DNA from: Flaccisagitta enflata | Taxonomy: Eukaryota | Direction: 5' to 3' | Assembly (NCBI GenBank): GCA_965153355.1 | Contig: OZ231126.1 | Span: 31,000,001 to 31,064,000, forward strand | DNA: 64,000 nucleotides | Shown: positions 37,874 through 51,125 of the stretch, in pieces | Numbering within the stretch: position 1 is the first letter of the stretch | How the letters are laid out: each line of letters starts with the position of its first letter | The notes under the pieces: generated by a model | Database searches by the model: none | Seen by the model: only the letters and a program-made list of their open reading frames with translations | Told to the model about the DNA's origin: nothing | Program-made: the position numbers and the translations under genes

Positions 37874-39610
37874 ATGGATCAGGAACGCTCTTTGGATAAA
37901 CGCTGTTCAGCGCTTGCCATGGAAAACATCAAGATCAAGGAGGATGATGTGGAGGCCAACATGACAATACCTGAACTGATAGAATCAATGACAAACAAAC
38001 ACCAAAATCTTCACAAGCAGCTCTTGAAGGAACGCCTTGAGCATGAAACCGTTGTCAAAAATCTGAGGAAAGAGATGCATCATATGCAGGTAACTATCAA
38101 CGATCTTGAGAATCATAATTTTGATTTGCAGGAGTGTCTGGAGGAAGCAGAAGCCAGAATAGACTTCCTCGAAGTGCAAAACAAATCGGCATTAACAACA
38201 GCATGTGGAATCAAAAAACGGTGCGATATGCTTCGCTCATTTGAAAAAGAAGACGAGCATGCAAAGATGGATTACGATAACAGGATTCGCCAACTCAGCA
38301 CTTCATTCGAGGAAATCAAGCAAAAACTTGAGACATACTTGACAGATTTTGGTCGAAGCAAGGAAGATTGTAACGTGAACCGAGGCAAGGCTAAGGAGGA
38401 GAAGACAGCCCCAACAAAACCTACCGCAGAATCGAAGCATCGGTGGGACCACGAAGAGGTGCGACAGTTTCAAAATCATGGCTTCGTTCAGAACTTGACA
38501 ATCGCACAAGAATCTCTCCCTCAAGACAAATCGCTGATGAATGCCTCAAGGAGCGTCAACGTACTTCCCATCACGGACGGTGACGGAGATAAGACCCAAA
38601 ATCTCCCTACAGAACGTAATTCAACAATTTCCTCGAGGGTTTACGCTCAGAGACTGGAATCCGTCAGCTTCCCTAAGAACATCTACGACAGCCATGACGA
38701 ATATTGTGACGAAACTCAAATCATAGTTGATCAAGCCTTGGCAATGGGCCTGAAAGATTTAGATGTGGCGATCATTCTCAGAGACCACATCCAAAGGTCT
38801 CCCCTCCGATCCAGCCTCTTAGCAGAACTGAAAGACCACCTTCCTTCTACGAAACAGGTAATGGTGGCTTTGCGAAATTGTGAAAAGACGGACCCCAACA
38901 TGACAAGCGAACAGAAATTCAAACTGTTGAAACCACGTCACCAAGAGTCCTGGTATAATTATGCGAAGCGGGTGGAGAAATACTTCAATGATCACCGGGT
39001 AGCTGATGCGCAGCACAAAAATCGTATGATCAAGGAGCACCTGATTAAAGCGACTCCTAATTTGCCCGATCTCGTCGCCAACATCATCAGCTCACCATCA
39101 CTTGCCCTTGCTGATCTCGCACAGTACATCCAGGATGAAATGACGAAAATAAAACAACCAAGACATCTGATCGATTCAACAATTACCCCTCTCCTTCAAG
39201 ATGGTCAAATACTTGATCAACAATCTGTTCCATCACCTCAAAATGATTCATTTGTGGTCGATAGACAAGACCAAGGCATGGCGTCACACAGACCTCCGCA
39301 GGATGAACCTATCGGTCAACAACGAAGTGGATCGACTTTTCACCCTCGAAGAAGAAACCGTAAGCGCCCCATTTGTGAAAATTGCCAGCGCCTTGGGCAC
39401 AAATGGCAAGATTGCCAATGGGAAGCATTCTGTTCCCTCTGTAACAAAGAAGGACATCAAAACAGCTCCCACACCACCAACCAATGCAACTACAAGCCTC
39501 CTGAACATATTCGTCAAGCGTACAAGGATTCTTTTGTTTCGGGTGGAATGAACAAAGAGGAGCAAGATGTGCTCAATGATCCCTCTCAAGGAAACACGAA
39601 TAATCCATGA
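37874..39610 (+). CDS. Gag-like protein (coiled coil, capsid MHR-like motif, two zinc knuckles)
   Basis: AACATGG start, 578 aa; HQESWYNYAKRV resembles the major homology region; CENCQRLGHKWQDC (CCHC) and CSLCNKEGHQNSSH. Confidence 0.8.
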   Translation: MDQERSLDKRCSALAMENIKIKEDDVEANMTIPELIESMTNKHQNLHKQLLKERLEHETVVKNLRKEMHHMQVTINDLENHNFDLQECLEEAEARIDFLEVQNKSALTTACGIKKRCDMLRSFEKEDEHAKMDYDNRIRQLSTSFEEIKQKLETYLTDFGRSKEDCNVNRGKAKEEKTAPTKPTAESKHRWDHEEVRQFQNHGFVQNLTIAQESLPQDKSLMNASRSVNVLPITDGDGDKTQNLPTERNSTISSRVYAQRLESVSFPKNIYDSHDEYCDETQIIVDQALAMGLKDLDVAIILRDHIQRSPLRSSLLAELKDHLPSTKQVMVALRNCEKTDPNMTSEQKFKLLKPRHQESWYNYAKRVEKYFNDHRVADAQHKNRMIKEHLIKATPNLPDLVANIISSPSLALADLAQYIQDEMTKIKQPRHLIDSTITPLLQDGQILDQQSVPSPQNDSFVVDRQDQGMASHRPPQDEPIGQQRSGSTFHPRRRNRKRPICENCQRLGHKWQDCQWEAFCSLCNKEGHQNSSHTTNQCNYKPPEHIRQAYKDSFVSGGMNKEEQDVLNDPSQGNTNNP

Positions 39611-40936
39611 CGGGGCCGGGTGGATTTTGAAGAGTCACACCGTAGACCAGACGTAATCCTTATTAACCAAGCAGGTAATCTTACTAAGCTTCATAGAGTA
39701 GGAAACACTAACACATTTGTCAAGGCAGAATCTGCGAGAAATCGATTTCGAAATAAAACTACGCGGCGATCGAAATTTAAAGATGAAATGACCGACAGAG
39801 GCTCCAGACGCAAACTCGAGGGATCGCAAAACACCACTCGTCCCGAAAGAAAAACGGCCAAACCATGGTTCAGACGCAAATATCCACAACATCCAAATGA
39901 AAACAAAAGATACCGTGGCGAACCTTTTGATCTACGCGAGGTAAAGGAAAACAAAACTGTAGGCGGTTCAAAACCAAATTCAACCAAAAAGTACATCTCC
40001 AGGGACACGGAGAAGACCACTAATCAAAAGGTATGGCAGTTAAATACTTCAAACAGATATAGACTCCTATCCAATCTTGATGTTGACGAAAAGGCATCGG
40101 AACCACTTTGCTCGTCACTACTGGATGATAACATTATTGACAAAAGCCTTAATTGTCTCAGAAATCAGAAAGATCTCTCCAGCGTTACGCGATCATCACC
40201 TGATGATGAAAACTTTGCGCAAAGACTGGAATGCCTGCGCAGTGGCACTACAAAAAGAAAAGGTAAGTCAAAAATGAACTTGTCTTCTCTTGATCATTCA
40301 GCCATTCAAACAGAGGGATCTTGCCAAAAATGTAAATCATCTGAAAAATGGAAAAACGCAAAGGAGAACAAATCTGCCTCAAGCCCATCGAATGAAAGCG
40401 AATCAAGACGGAATTTCGCATCTAGACGGAGGGGCGGACGCTCGGGCTTCTATAAAGCTAATACAAGTATGAGTAGCTCGCGAGTTCGGGTTATCGAATC
40501 TAGACGGAGGGGCGAAAACCCTAACGATGGCTCAAATGAGAACACTTCTTCAACTAATAGTGCAACCTCGTCACCTGCATCTTATCGGAGGAAAGAAGTT
40601 CTAACGAATGTGAATTCTTCCTCGGATCCTGCAAACGAACATACGGGTGACAAAGCAACTGTCAATGGTAATGATCTTACATCAGCACTCGATGCACACA
40701 AAAAAAGTAATGCAACTGGAAATGATATAGAAACCAATCATGCCAGTACTAACACTTTTCAAGATAATACACCAGGTAAGGTACATCTTGCCCTCATGCA
40801 GGATGATTTGCGATACTTCATGTCACTCATTCTCCTGAATCAAATCTGGGTGTCATCCAGACGTTGTAGGCCTCCTAATGATGTTGTTTCTAAGGGAACT
40901 CAAAATGGTCCCAAACCTCAGAAACCCTCGTCTTAG
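39611..40936 (+). CDS. Basic/Ser-rich ORF in frame after the gag TGA; no protease, RT, RNase H or integrase motifs recognised
   Basis: Frame stays open for 441 codons after TGA CGG GGC CGG; overlapped by another ORF at 40878-41537. Confidence 0.45.
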   Translation, partial: RGRVDFEESHRRPDVILINQAGNLTKLHRVGNTNTFVKAESARNRFRNKTTRRSKFKDEMTDRGSRRKLEGSQNTTRPERKTAKPWFRRKYPQHPNENKRYRGEPFDLREVKENKTVGGSKPNSTKKYISRDTEKTTNQKVWQLNTSNRYRLLSNLDVDEKASEPLCSSLLDDNIIDKSLNCLRNQKDLSSVTRSSPDDENFAQRLECLRSGTTKRKGKSKMNLSSLDHSAIQTEGSCQKCKSSEKWKNAKENKSASSPSNESESRRNFASRRRGGRSGFYKANTSMSSSRVRVIESRRRGENPNDGSNENTSSTNSATSSPASYRRKEVLTNVNSSSDPANEHTGDKATVNGNDLTSALDAHKKSNATGNDIETNHASTNTFQDNTPGKVHLALMQDDLRYFMSLILLNQIWVSSRRCRPPNDVVSKGTQNGPKPQKPSS

Positions 40937-43399
40937 CTTCCAAGCATCTCCAGGGTCGACATGGTATCTCGGAACAACATCTTATTTCAGAACAACATCG
41001 TATCACGAATTGACGTCATCTCGAAACGTCATTGTTTCTCAGAATGACATAATATCTCGAAACGATCCTGCATATTGGAATCTTCAATCAAGACGGAGGG
41101 GCGAAAATCTGAATTTTGACTACAACTTCGCGAATACATCATCTTCTGGAACCCTTACGCCTCTGAATTCCGCATCTACCCGGAGGATCGAAAAAGAAGG
41201 TAGAGGGTCAAGAATGAACGCAACTAGGGCAACGGACCACACCATTGCGTGGATGGGTGGCCAATCGATCGACAACATGGATGATCACCCTTCCAAATCC
41301 ACCAAACCCAAAGACTCCCTGAACTCAGGTGGAATCATGTCTGAACTCTTTGTGCTTCCGTTGATATGTTCCTTTCAGATTTGGGGATTTCCAATTGGTG
41401 TTATTCTACTCTGCATTGGAACCATCGTGGAGATACCGATTTGCCTCGGGGATTATAAATATCCCATCACGCGAATGATGAAGCGTCTGGCCAACGTTAT
41501 CCGGGCGCAAAAAGCAACCAATTGCTTGTTGGTCTAACTATATGATGGAATTAGTGGCTGGTAGAATAAATTTTCTCAGTTTACGCCAATCTTTCCCACT
41601 TGAAACCCTCCACTCCTTCATTCTCCTCTTCCTGATTTGAACATACACTGCAAATTTGCATTTCTAATTGCACCACAAATTACGTTAAAAATCAAGCATG
41701 CTATAATTTGCCGCACAAATCGCGTTACAAATCGCTTGACAAATTGCGTCAAATTGCATTATGAATAGCGTTATAAAACACACATCGCGTTACAAATTGC
41801 TTGAAGAATTGCATTTAAAAATTGTATTACAAATCGGGTTACAAACTGTGCAAATTTGCATTTCAAATTGCACCACAAATTACGTTAAAAATCAAGCATG
41901 TTATAATTTGCCGCACAAATTGCGTTACAAATCGCTTGACAAATTGCGTCAAATTGCATTACAAATAGCGTTATAAATCACACATCGCGTTACAAATCGC
42001 ATGATCAAATTACAATTTACATCACCTGTATCACTCATCAAGGCTTGATCTCTCACTTAAGTTTCCAACATTCTCTTTCACCCGCAGTTAACTGGGACAT
42101 TTTTGTTGAAGTCCTATCTTTTGGCCATCAAATTTTCAATCCACAAACATTTGCAAATCCTTATCACTGATTCGGCAAAGCCGTCCCTCCATCTTCAACC
42201 TAATCTGTTCCTGATTCAACACAACATCGTCTTCCAGCTGCTTCAATCCTGCAGCATTTATCTGCCACCTAAGCTGTTTTTCTTGTCAGGTCATCTTCTT
42301 TCTTTGTCATCAAACAGTATTAAAAGAAAAAAAAAAGAAAAGAAAAGAAACATATTTAAAATCTCTTTAAATGGTTCTGCACTCAGTCTTGACAAATTTA
42401 TGACTCTTCAAATCCATGCGGTGTCCTTGTTCTTAGTAGTTTTGCATGCATAATTCACTAATTCTAGCATTGCTCTTAGTGTCTTAGAAAAGATTATTGT
42501 CACAAAATCTTTTCATATCCAGCCCATTGCCATGGAAGAAATCTTGCTTTAACTAACAATTTCTCTGTCTTCAATCCTGCCTGAACCCAAATTGAATAAC
42601 ATTCAGTGCTCATATCCATTTTGCTTGCTTTTAACTTACACTTCAACTCAGTAAGTCTAACATTGGATGTCTGAGGCTGTAAACTGTAAGCGCCAATCTA
42701 TCAGACTGTCAGTTGGAATCTTTTTGGACATTCTTGCTTTGCTATCAGCTGATTAGCTGTCCATTAGTCCTTTGGTCCTTTAGTCTTTCGTCACTTCAGT
42801 CCAGTCTATCTGCAAATCCACCTGTTGATTCAGAAGACTTTGGGTCTTCACAGTCCAAGTTCTGGCTGAAACTGCAATATGCTTACAAAACTGCCAACTC
42901 TGACCTTTTATGTACAATCATCACTTCAGATGTCCAGGCAATTTTCGCCTGTCTGATTGTCACCCTATGTTTTACTCCAAAGTTCTGAACATCATTTTTT
43001 AAAAAAATGCCCATACTATATTTCTACAAGTGTCACTCAGAAAATCAATATTTTATTTTTTTAGTCTCTTACCTAAATTCTATTGACTCCCACCTGTTTA
43101 AGTCTACTTACCCATACCTCCCCCCCCCTCCCTACAGTTGAAGTACCCTGTACCCAATTGAATGTACCTGGACATCACTTTTTTAAATGCCCATACTAAA
43201 TCACTACAAATGTGAATCCCCCTACTATGTCAATCAAAAAATCAATATTTCATATTTTTTAGTCTCTCACCTAAATTTCATTGACTCCCACCCGTTTTAG
43301 TCATGCTTACCCTTACCTCCCCCCCCCCTCCCAACATTAGCTGAGCATCCCTCCCTGTACCCCATTACATGTATAATCTAGATACCATTTGGATTTTGC

Positions 43400-46300
43400 T
43401 TATTCGGACCTTCATCTTCTCCTCGCTGGCTTAATGGTGGGCTGTCGAAACTGCAGAGTGGGTTTCATCTGTGGCAGTACTCATCGTCTTCGCATCGATC
43501 GATGACTTGCATGGGTTGATGGCTCAAGTGGATCGGTGATTCGCACGGTTTTACGTTGAATTGGATTTCGGTCTCGCATGGATCGTAGTGAATGCAGATC
43601 GATGGCAGCATCAGGCTCAGAGGCCTTCTCGTCCAGCCTCCTTCCCTTGCTCAAAGGACCACTTGAATCGTCATCCCAAATGGATTGTCAGATGGTCATC
43701 ATCACTGGATTGTCGTCAGGCATGAATCGTGACGCAAATGGATTGATGGCGCATCTTCTCAACGACCCTCTCCTCTAACCTTGGTTAAACTCCTCCCGTC
43801 CGTCCCTCACTTAGTGGCACACTCAGATTAATGGTTCGAACGGCTCACTAGCCCTCTCTCCCACCCTCAACACGTATCGATTGTTGGCACAAAAAAATGC
43901 GTTGTTGCCACGCCCCTTCCTTCATCATTCCCTCGCTCAATGGCACGCATGGATTGGTAACCTGAACGCTCGCTCTATTCCATGATCAAATTGTCGTCAC
44001 GCATGAGACGGCGCATATGAATTAGGGCATCTTCATGTTCAACATCCTTCTACCCTACCTCCCTCGCTCCCTCGCTCGTTGGTTTGAATGAACCCTCACT
44101 ATGTATCGATCGTCAGCACAAAAATGCTTCGTCGCAATTCCCCTTCCTTCATCATTCCTTCGCTCAATGGCACGCGTGGATTGATGGTTTGATTGCCCGC
44201 TCCATTCCATTGTCAAAATTACGTATCGATCGTTGGCACAAAAAAATGCATCATTGCAACGCCCCTTCCTTCATCATTCCCTCGCTCAATGGCATGCATG
44301 GATTGGTAATCTGAACGCTTGCTCCATTCCATGATCAAAATTGTCGTCACACACGAGACGGCGCATATGAATTAGGGCATCTTCACGTTCAACAGCCTTC
44401 TACCCTACCTCCCTCGCTCCCCCGCTCGTTGGATCGAATGAACCCTCACCACGTATCAATCGTCAGCACAAAAATGTGTCGTCGCAATTCCCCTTCCTTC
44501 ATCATTCCTTCGCTCAATGGCACGCGTGGATTGATGGTTTGATCGCCCGCTCCATTCCATAGTCAAAATAGTCGTCGCGCAAAAATGATGCACGCGGACC
44601 AGGGCAACTTCACAGCCTTCTACCCTACCTCCCTTCCTCCCTTGCTCGATGGATCGAATGAACCTTCTTCACGTATTGAACGTCGGCACAAATGAAGTGT
44701 CGTCGCAATCCCCCTTCCTTTATCATTACTTCGCTCATTGGCACATTTGGATTGGTGGTTCGAACGCTCGCTTGATTCTTTGGTCAAAATTGTCGCACAC
44801 GAAACGGCACACGCAGATCGAAGGCAACTTCATAGTCAGCCGCTTTCTCTTACAACCTTCTACCCTACCTCCCTCGCTGCCTCGCTCGGTGGATCGAATA
44901 AACCCTCTTCACGCGTTGAACGTCGGCACAAATAGTATCGTCGCAACCTCCCCTTCCTTCATCATTCCCTCGCTCAATGGCACGTGTGGATTGGTGGTTT
45001 GAAAGCTCGCTCGACTCCATGGTCAATTTGCCGTCACGCATGAGACGGCGAACGCAGCTCGAAGGCGATTTCATGCTCAGCCGCTTTCTCATACAGCCAT
45101 CTACCCTACCTCCATTGCTCGATGGATTGAATGAACCCTCTTCACGTATTGAACGTCGGCACAAATGAAGTGTCATCCCACTCCCCCTTCCTCCATCCTT
45201 CTGTCACTCAGTGGCACGCTTGGTTTGATGGTTTGAACAGTTCGTTATCACAGACTGCCATCCCTCTCTCCTTCCCTCGCTCGTTGGATTGAATGGGCCG
45301 TCGTCACAAATGAAATTTCGGCACAAATGGACTGTCATTTATTATCCCTTCCTTCGCCTCTCTGGATTGATGGCTCGCATGGATCGATGGCTCGCGCGGG
45401 TCGATGGCTCGCGTGGGTCGATGGCTCGCGCGGATCGATGGCTCGCGCGGATCGATGGCTCGCGCGGATCGATGGCTCGCGCGGATCGATAGCTCACGCG
45501 GAACAACTCCTTTACTCTCATCGACTTCTGCCTCCATCTTTATTCATCATATCCACTCTCTAAACTGAAACTGGATCACATCGACCTCTCCCTCCATCTC
45601 TATCAATCATATCCATCCTCTAAATCGGGACTAGATCACATGGACTTCTCCTTCTATCTCTTTTCCTTATATCCATCCTCTAAATAGAGGCTGGTTCACA
45701 TCAACTTCTCCCTCCAACTCCATAATATCCATCTTCCAAATCGAGGCTGGGTCACATTGTCTTTTTCCTCCTCCATCCTCCATCTTATCCATCCTCAATT
45801 TTAGGGTGCCCTCTGCACATACTCTGGTGTCTCGTCTTGGCTATAAGGATAACTAACTCTCCCTCCCTCCCACGCTTAGTGGATCAAATGGACCGTTGTC
45901 GCAAGTGGACTATTGGCACCAATGGAGTGTCGCCGCACGCTCCCCTACCCCGTCCTTCCCTCACTCAGGACTCTCGCATGACACCCTCCGATTGATGGTT
46001 CGAGCAGTTTGTAATCACAGAAGGACTGTGATCCCTCCCTCGATGGATCAAATGGACCGTCGCCATGAATGAACTGTCAGCACAAATAGAGTGTTGCCGC
46101 TCTCTTCCTTCCCTCACTCTGTGGCAAGCTCGGATTGATGGTTTGAATGGATCGTTATCAGGATCCTCCCACGGACGCAATCTCCAATCTCCAACGACAC
46201 ACGTGGATTGATGGCTTCTGTGGATTGATGGCTTGCATGGATCGACAGCTCGCATGAACCAACAGCTCCTGAAGATTGACAGCTCGCATGGATCGATGTC

Positions 46301-46820
46301 TCGCATGAATCAATGCCTCGCATGGATTGATGGCTCGCGTGGATCGAAGGCTCGCATGGATTGACGGATTGCCTGGCTCAATGGCTCTCGTGGCTCGACG
46401 GATTGCGTGGCTCGATGGCTCTTGTGGATCGATAGCTTGCGTTGATTGTTGGCTCGCGCGGATTGATGGCTCGCGCGGATCGATGGCTTGCGCGGATTGA
46501 TGGCTCGCGCGGATCGATGGTTCGCGCGGATCGATGGCTCGCGTGGGTCGATGGCTTGCGCGGATCGATGGCTCACGTGGGTCGATGGCTTGTGAGGATC
46601 GATGGTTCGCGTGGGTCGATGGCTCTCATCAAACAACTTCTTTACTCCAATCAACTTCTCCCTCTATCTCTATTCATCATATCCATTTTCTAAATCTAGA
46701 TTATATCACATCGACTTCTCCCTCCAGCTCCATCATATCCATCCTCTAAGTTGAGGCTGGGTCACATCACTTCTTCCTCCGGCATCATCCATCTTATCCA
46801 CCCTCAATTCAAAGCTACCC
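43400..46820. repeat. Complex tandem repeats in the 3' part of the LTR element (~230-bp units and 17-bp GGATCGATGGCTCGCGC arrays)
   Basis: CCCCTTCCTTCATCATTCCCTCGCTCAATGGCAC recurs from 43910 to 45220; 17-mers at 45370-45500 and 46200-46625. Confidence 0.85.
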
Positions 46821-47884
46821 TCTGCAAATTTTCTTTTACATTGACGCCAATGAAACCTTTGTTCAGTGCTGCCATTTACGAAACCCACTCAGCAATGATT
46901 TTCAATTTCAACATTTCTACCAGTGCACGGACTCCTCTTCTTCAAGAAGCATAAATGTCCCCCTGTGTTCACCCCACATGAGGCTCCTCTTTCTGTTCTT
47001 ACTTTTCTTATTATCATTCCCCATGCTCACCCCCCATCTCCGATAATCATTACCTTTTATTTTCCCTCTAACCTTGATGATATACTTTTTTAACAGGTGT
47101 TATTTTCATGACTATAAAAAAAACTTTCAAAGTATACATGTACCCTTTTGAATTTTCTTGCTATACCGGATTTGTACCTATCTGCCTTAATAAGTGATAC
47201 AGACACAAACCTGAATTTTTCTCCTTTCTGATTTCAATCTATCATTTTTTTTATCATTCAGTCTTTTGGCGCTTTGATATTCCTTTTCTTTTTTTTTTTG
47301 ATATCATTTATACACCGCCTTATGTGGATGGTGACAAGTTACATTAATTTCAGTTTCAAAGGTGTTCTCTTTCCAATAGTGATTTTCCGCATCATACAAT
47401 GTACACGTACTTTTATTGGATCATTGTGAGCCATTCTAATTTTTTTCTGTTGTGTAAATCCTTCATTTTCCAACATCAATTCGTTTCTGTCCTACCATAC
47501 ACTTTTCCGTTTTTTCTCCCATTCCTTTTCTCCCATCCCCTCTTGTTTTCATACATAGCCTTGTGTTGACATTACCTTCAGCAGAGTCTCAAAAGTCTCA
47601 AAGTCTCATAAGTTTCATTTCATAATTAATAAATAGGGCTCCAAAGTGCTTTTCTTGATACAGCATACGACATACAAGTTTCATATTTTTGAGACCCATC
47701 CCGATTTTTCCTCCATTTGGTACTACCACATACTCTTCTATATTTCTACCAGCCTCATATTTACGTTAGTTACTAGAGAGTCCGTCTCAAAGGCGGGTAC
47801 TCCGCGGCAGACGGGTTTTTGCGTGAGCTCTGGCCTTTTTTGGCAAAACTCCCCTTTGTCTCTACGCTTCCAAATTGGCGTTTT

Positions 47885-47896
47885 GAGACGGAGGGG
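47885..47896 (+). promoter_or_regulatory. Putative polypurine tract GAGACGGAGGGG
   Basis: 11 of 12 bases are purines; ends 1 nt before the 3' LTR. Confidence 0.65.
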
Positions 47897-47897
47897 C

Positions 47898-48214
47898 GCG
47901 CCTGGCCCTGAGCCCCGCTCAACCCCGTTCTGCTTGCGCCTGAGCCCCCCTTTTTGATTCGGGCCTCTCCTCTCTTCTTCTTCTTCCGCATTTTACCGGT
48001 TCAAGCGCTATAAAAGCGACGATGATTATGATTCTAGGCATTCTCTCTTCCTTCTTTTGGAGATCGATCGATTCTCATTGGCTTCGTTACCGCTTTCACG
48101 CTAATAAAGACATTCTCGGGCGATATCGTTCTTCTTTCTTCTTCTTTTAGTGCAGGTTTGCTCAGGCTTAGCTCATTTCAGTTACGATTAGCTCATCCTC
48201 GAACAATCCTCACC

Positions 48215-48216
<2 letters not shown>
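47898..48216 (+). repeat. 3' LTR
   Basis: 319 bp, appears identical to 31706-32024; followed directly by (GA)n. Confidence 0.88.
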
Positions 48217-48293
<77 letters not shown>

Positions 48294-48296
48294 AAA

Positions 48297-48345
<49 letters not shown>

Positions 48346-48721
48346 AGAGAAAGAGAAAGAGAAAGAAAAAGAAAAAGAAAAAGAAAAAGAAAAAGAAAAA
48401 GAGAGAAAGAGAGAAAGAGAGGAAGAGAGGAAGAGAGGAAGAGAAAAAGAGAGATAGAGAGAGAGAGAGAGAGATCGTTTATAGCTCGGTCATGGTGTCA
48501 GGGAGACGCCTCTATTCAGAGATGTGAGCCTTTGAAAAATCGGAAATTCGATTTCCTTCTCTTGTTTGTTTTCTACTTGTGGCAATTCTTTTTTTGTGGA
48601 CAGAAAGCAAAAGTTTCTTTTTCTTTTGTGTTATTTGACCTAGATATTGGAATTCATGGCTTTAAAGAGGCAGGAATGCCCGGGGATCTTTGCCGTGCAC
48701 CATGGTGACAAAAACGGACGG

Positions 48722-48844
<123 letters not shown>

Positions 48845-49139
48845 AAACACAATAACAAACGAACAAACAAGCAGGCAGGGTACCCAAGATTCTTTTCATG
48901 TCACCAACATGCAATTGTCATTCGCAATTGTCATTTGCAATTGTCTTTTGCAATCGTCATTCTCACAATTCTACGCGTGCAGATTCAAGACAATATATCT
49001 GATCCTAGATTCTACATTCGATACCTTTTGATACCAAAAAAGACACAGAGTCGACAAACCAATTAACTGTGTACACGTTAATGACGTGACTCTGTTAACC
49101 GGTTTGTCTGAATGAGACAATAACAAAGGTCTTGTAACA

Positions 49140-49975
49140 TGTGAATTCCAATTTTGTCTATTCTTCAAATAGTGAAGGTGAGTCAATAACAAAAACATCG
49201 TAAAGTGTGAATTTTAATTTTGTCAATACTTCAAAAAGTAAAGGTGAGTCAATAACAACGGCATCGTAAAGCGTGAATTTCAATTTTGTCAATACTTCAA
49301 AAAGTAAAGGTGAGTCAATAACAACAGCATCGTAAAGTGTGAATTTCAATTTTGTCAATACTTCAAAAAGTAAAGATGAGTCAATAACAACAGCATCGTA
49401 AAGTGTGAATTTCAATTTTGTCAATACTTCAAAAAGTGAAGGTGAGTCAATAACAACGGCATTGTAAAGTGTGAATTCTAATCTTGTCAATACTTCAAAA
49501 AGTAAAGGTGAGTCAATAACAAAAACATCATAAAGTGTGAATTTTAATCTTGTCAATACTTCAAAAAGTAAAGGTGAGTCAATAACAACAATTACAATTG
49601 CAATTGCAATCACAATTGGCATCGTAAAGTGTGAATTTTAATCTTGTCAATACTTCAAAAAGTAAAGGTGAGTCAATAACAGCGGCAACGTAAAGCGTGA
49701 ATTTCAATTCTGTCCATACTTCAAAAAGTAAAGGTGAGTCAATAACAACGGCAACGTAAAGCGTGAATTTTAATTTTGTCGATACTTCAAAAAGTAAAGG
49801 TGAGTCAATAACAACGGCAATGTAAAGTGTGAATTTTAATTTTGTCGATACTTCAAAAAGTAAAGGTGAGTCAATAACAACGGCAACGTAAAGCTTGAAT
49901 TTCAATCTTGTCAATACTTCAAAAAGTAAAGGTGACTCAATAACAACGGCAACGTAAACTGTGAATTTCAATTCT
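49140..49975. repeat. 66-bp tandem array (~12 copies)
   Basis: AAGGTGAGTC at 49175, 49241, 49307 ...; one unit is interrupted near 49590. Confidence 0.92.
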
Positions 49976-50357
49976 GCCTCTACTCCAAAGGCAGAAGCCG
50001 GAAAATTGGAATTGTCTCGTAAAAAAATATGAGTTGGGACTCGAGCGCGGAATTCACTTTGAGATGATTTAGTGTAGGTTCATTTTTTCTTAAAGGTGAT
50101 ATGATTGAATCATAGTCATTCAAGCCATATTTATTTTGTAATGTATTGTTTTTCTGTGTGATTTGATCCTTGCCGGTTACCATTCTTTTCGCACCTTATT
50201 GGCCTTCTTGGCCTTGTTTACTTTGTAATCACTTTTCGTGATCTTCCGGTGAGCTTGAGTTGCAGTTCCCCTGGTTAGAATTTGAATGATTATGCTCGCT
50301 CGCTGAAATGAGCGTCTGATTTGAAATAAATACTGGTAGTGCTTGTATCTTCATGTC

Positions 50358-50449
<92 letters not shown>

Positions 50450-51029
50450 AGAGAGAGACGTAGATGGAAACGTAGATGGAAACGTAGATGGAAACGGAGC
50501 CCGATTTTGTGCAAAGTTTATCCTTTTCTGCCTCCCCCCTTCCGTAATATCTGTTGCTAATTGCTCAGTCGCATTTCTTAAAGCGAGAAATCATTATTTT
50601 CACTTTTCTGTAACATGTTTTTCATCCAGGCCTCTTATGAGATCAAGGGATTGATTGAAAATATCATTCAAACTTCGCGCAATTCCTAAGTATCCGAAAA
50701 TATCCGATATGGATATCACAAAAAGATATTAGAAGAGATACGGAAAGGATATACTTTAGATACAGTATCTTAACTAGATCGGATACTTATTTCCCCCATG
50801 ACTACGACGTGCGTCATTTACATCTTATACATCTGCGTAACAATCTCTGTCTTTGTCACTCTCTCTCTCTTTCTCTCTGTATCTCTCTCTGTTCGTATGT
50901 CTCTCCCTCAATCATTTAAATCTGATACATGCCGTACGCGTAAACATCTCTGTCTGTTTAATTGTCTTTCTTCTGTTCATCTGTCTGTCTGTCTGTCTGT
51001 CTGTCTGTCAGTCTGTCTGTCTTGCAGGA

Positions 51030-51125
<96 letters not shown>

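Noticed and set aside
39611-47880. pol or env gene in the LTR element
   Set aside because: No D(T/S)G protease, YxDD RT, RNase H or HHCC/DDE integrase motifs in the ORFs provided; highly decayed remnants cannot be excluded without tBLASTn
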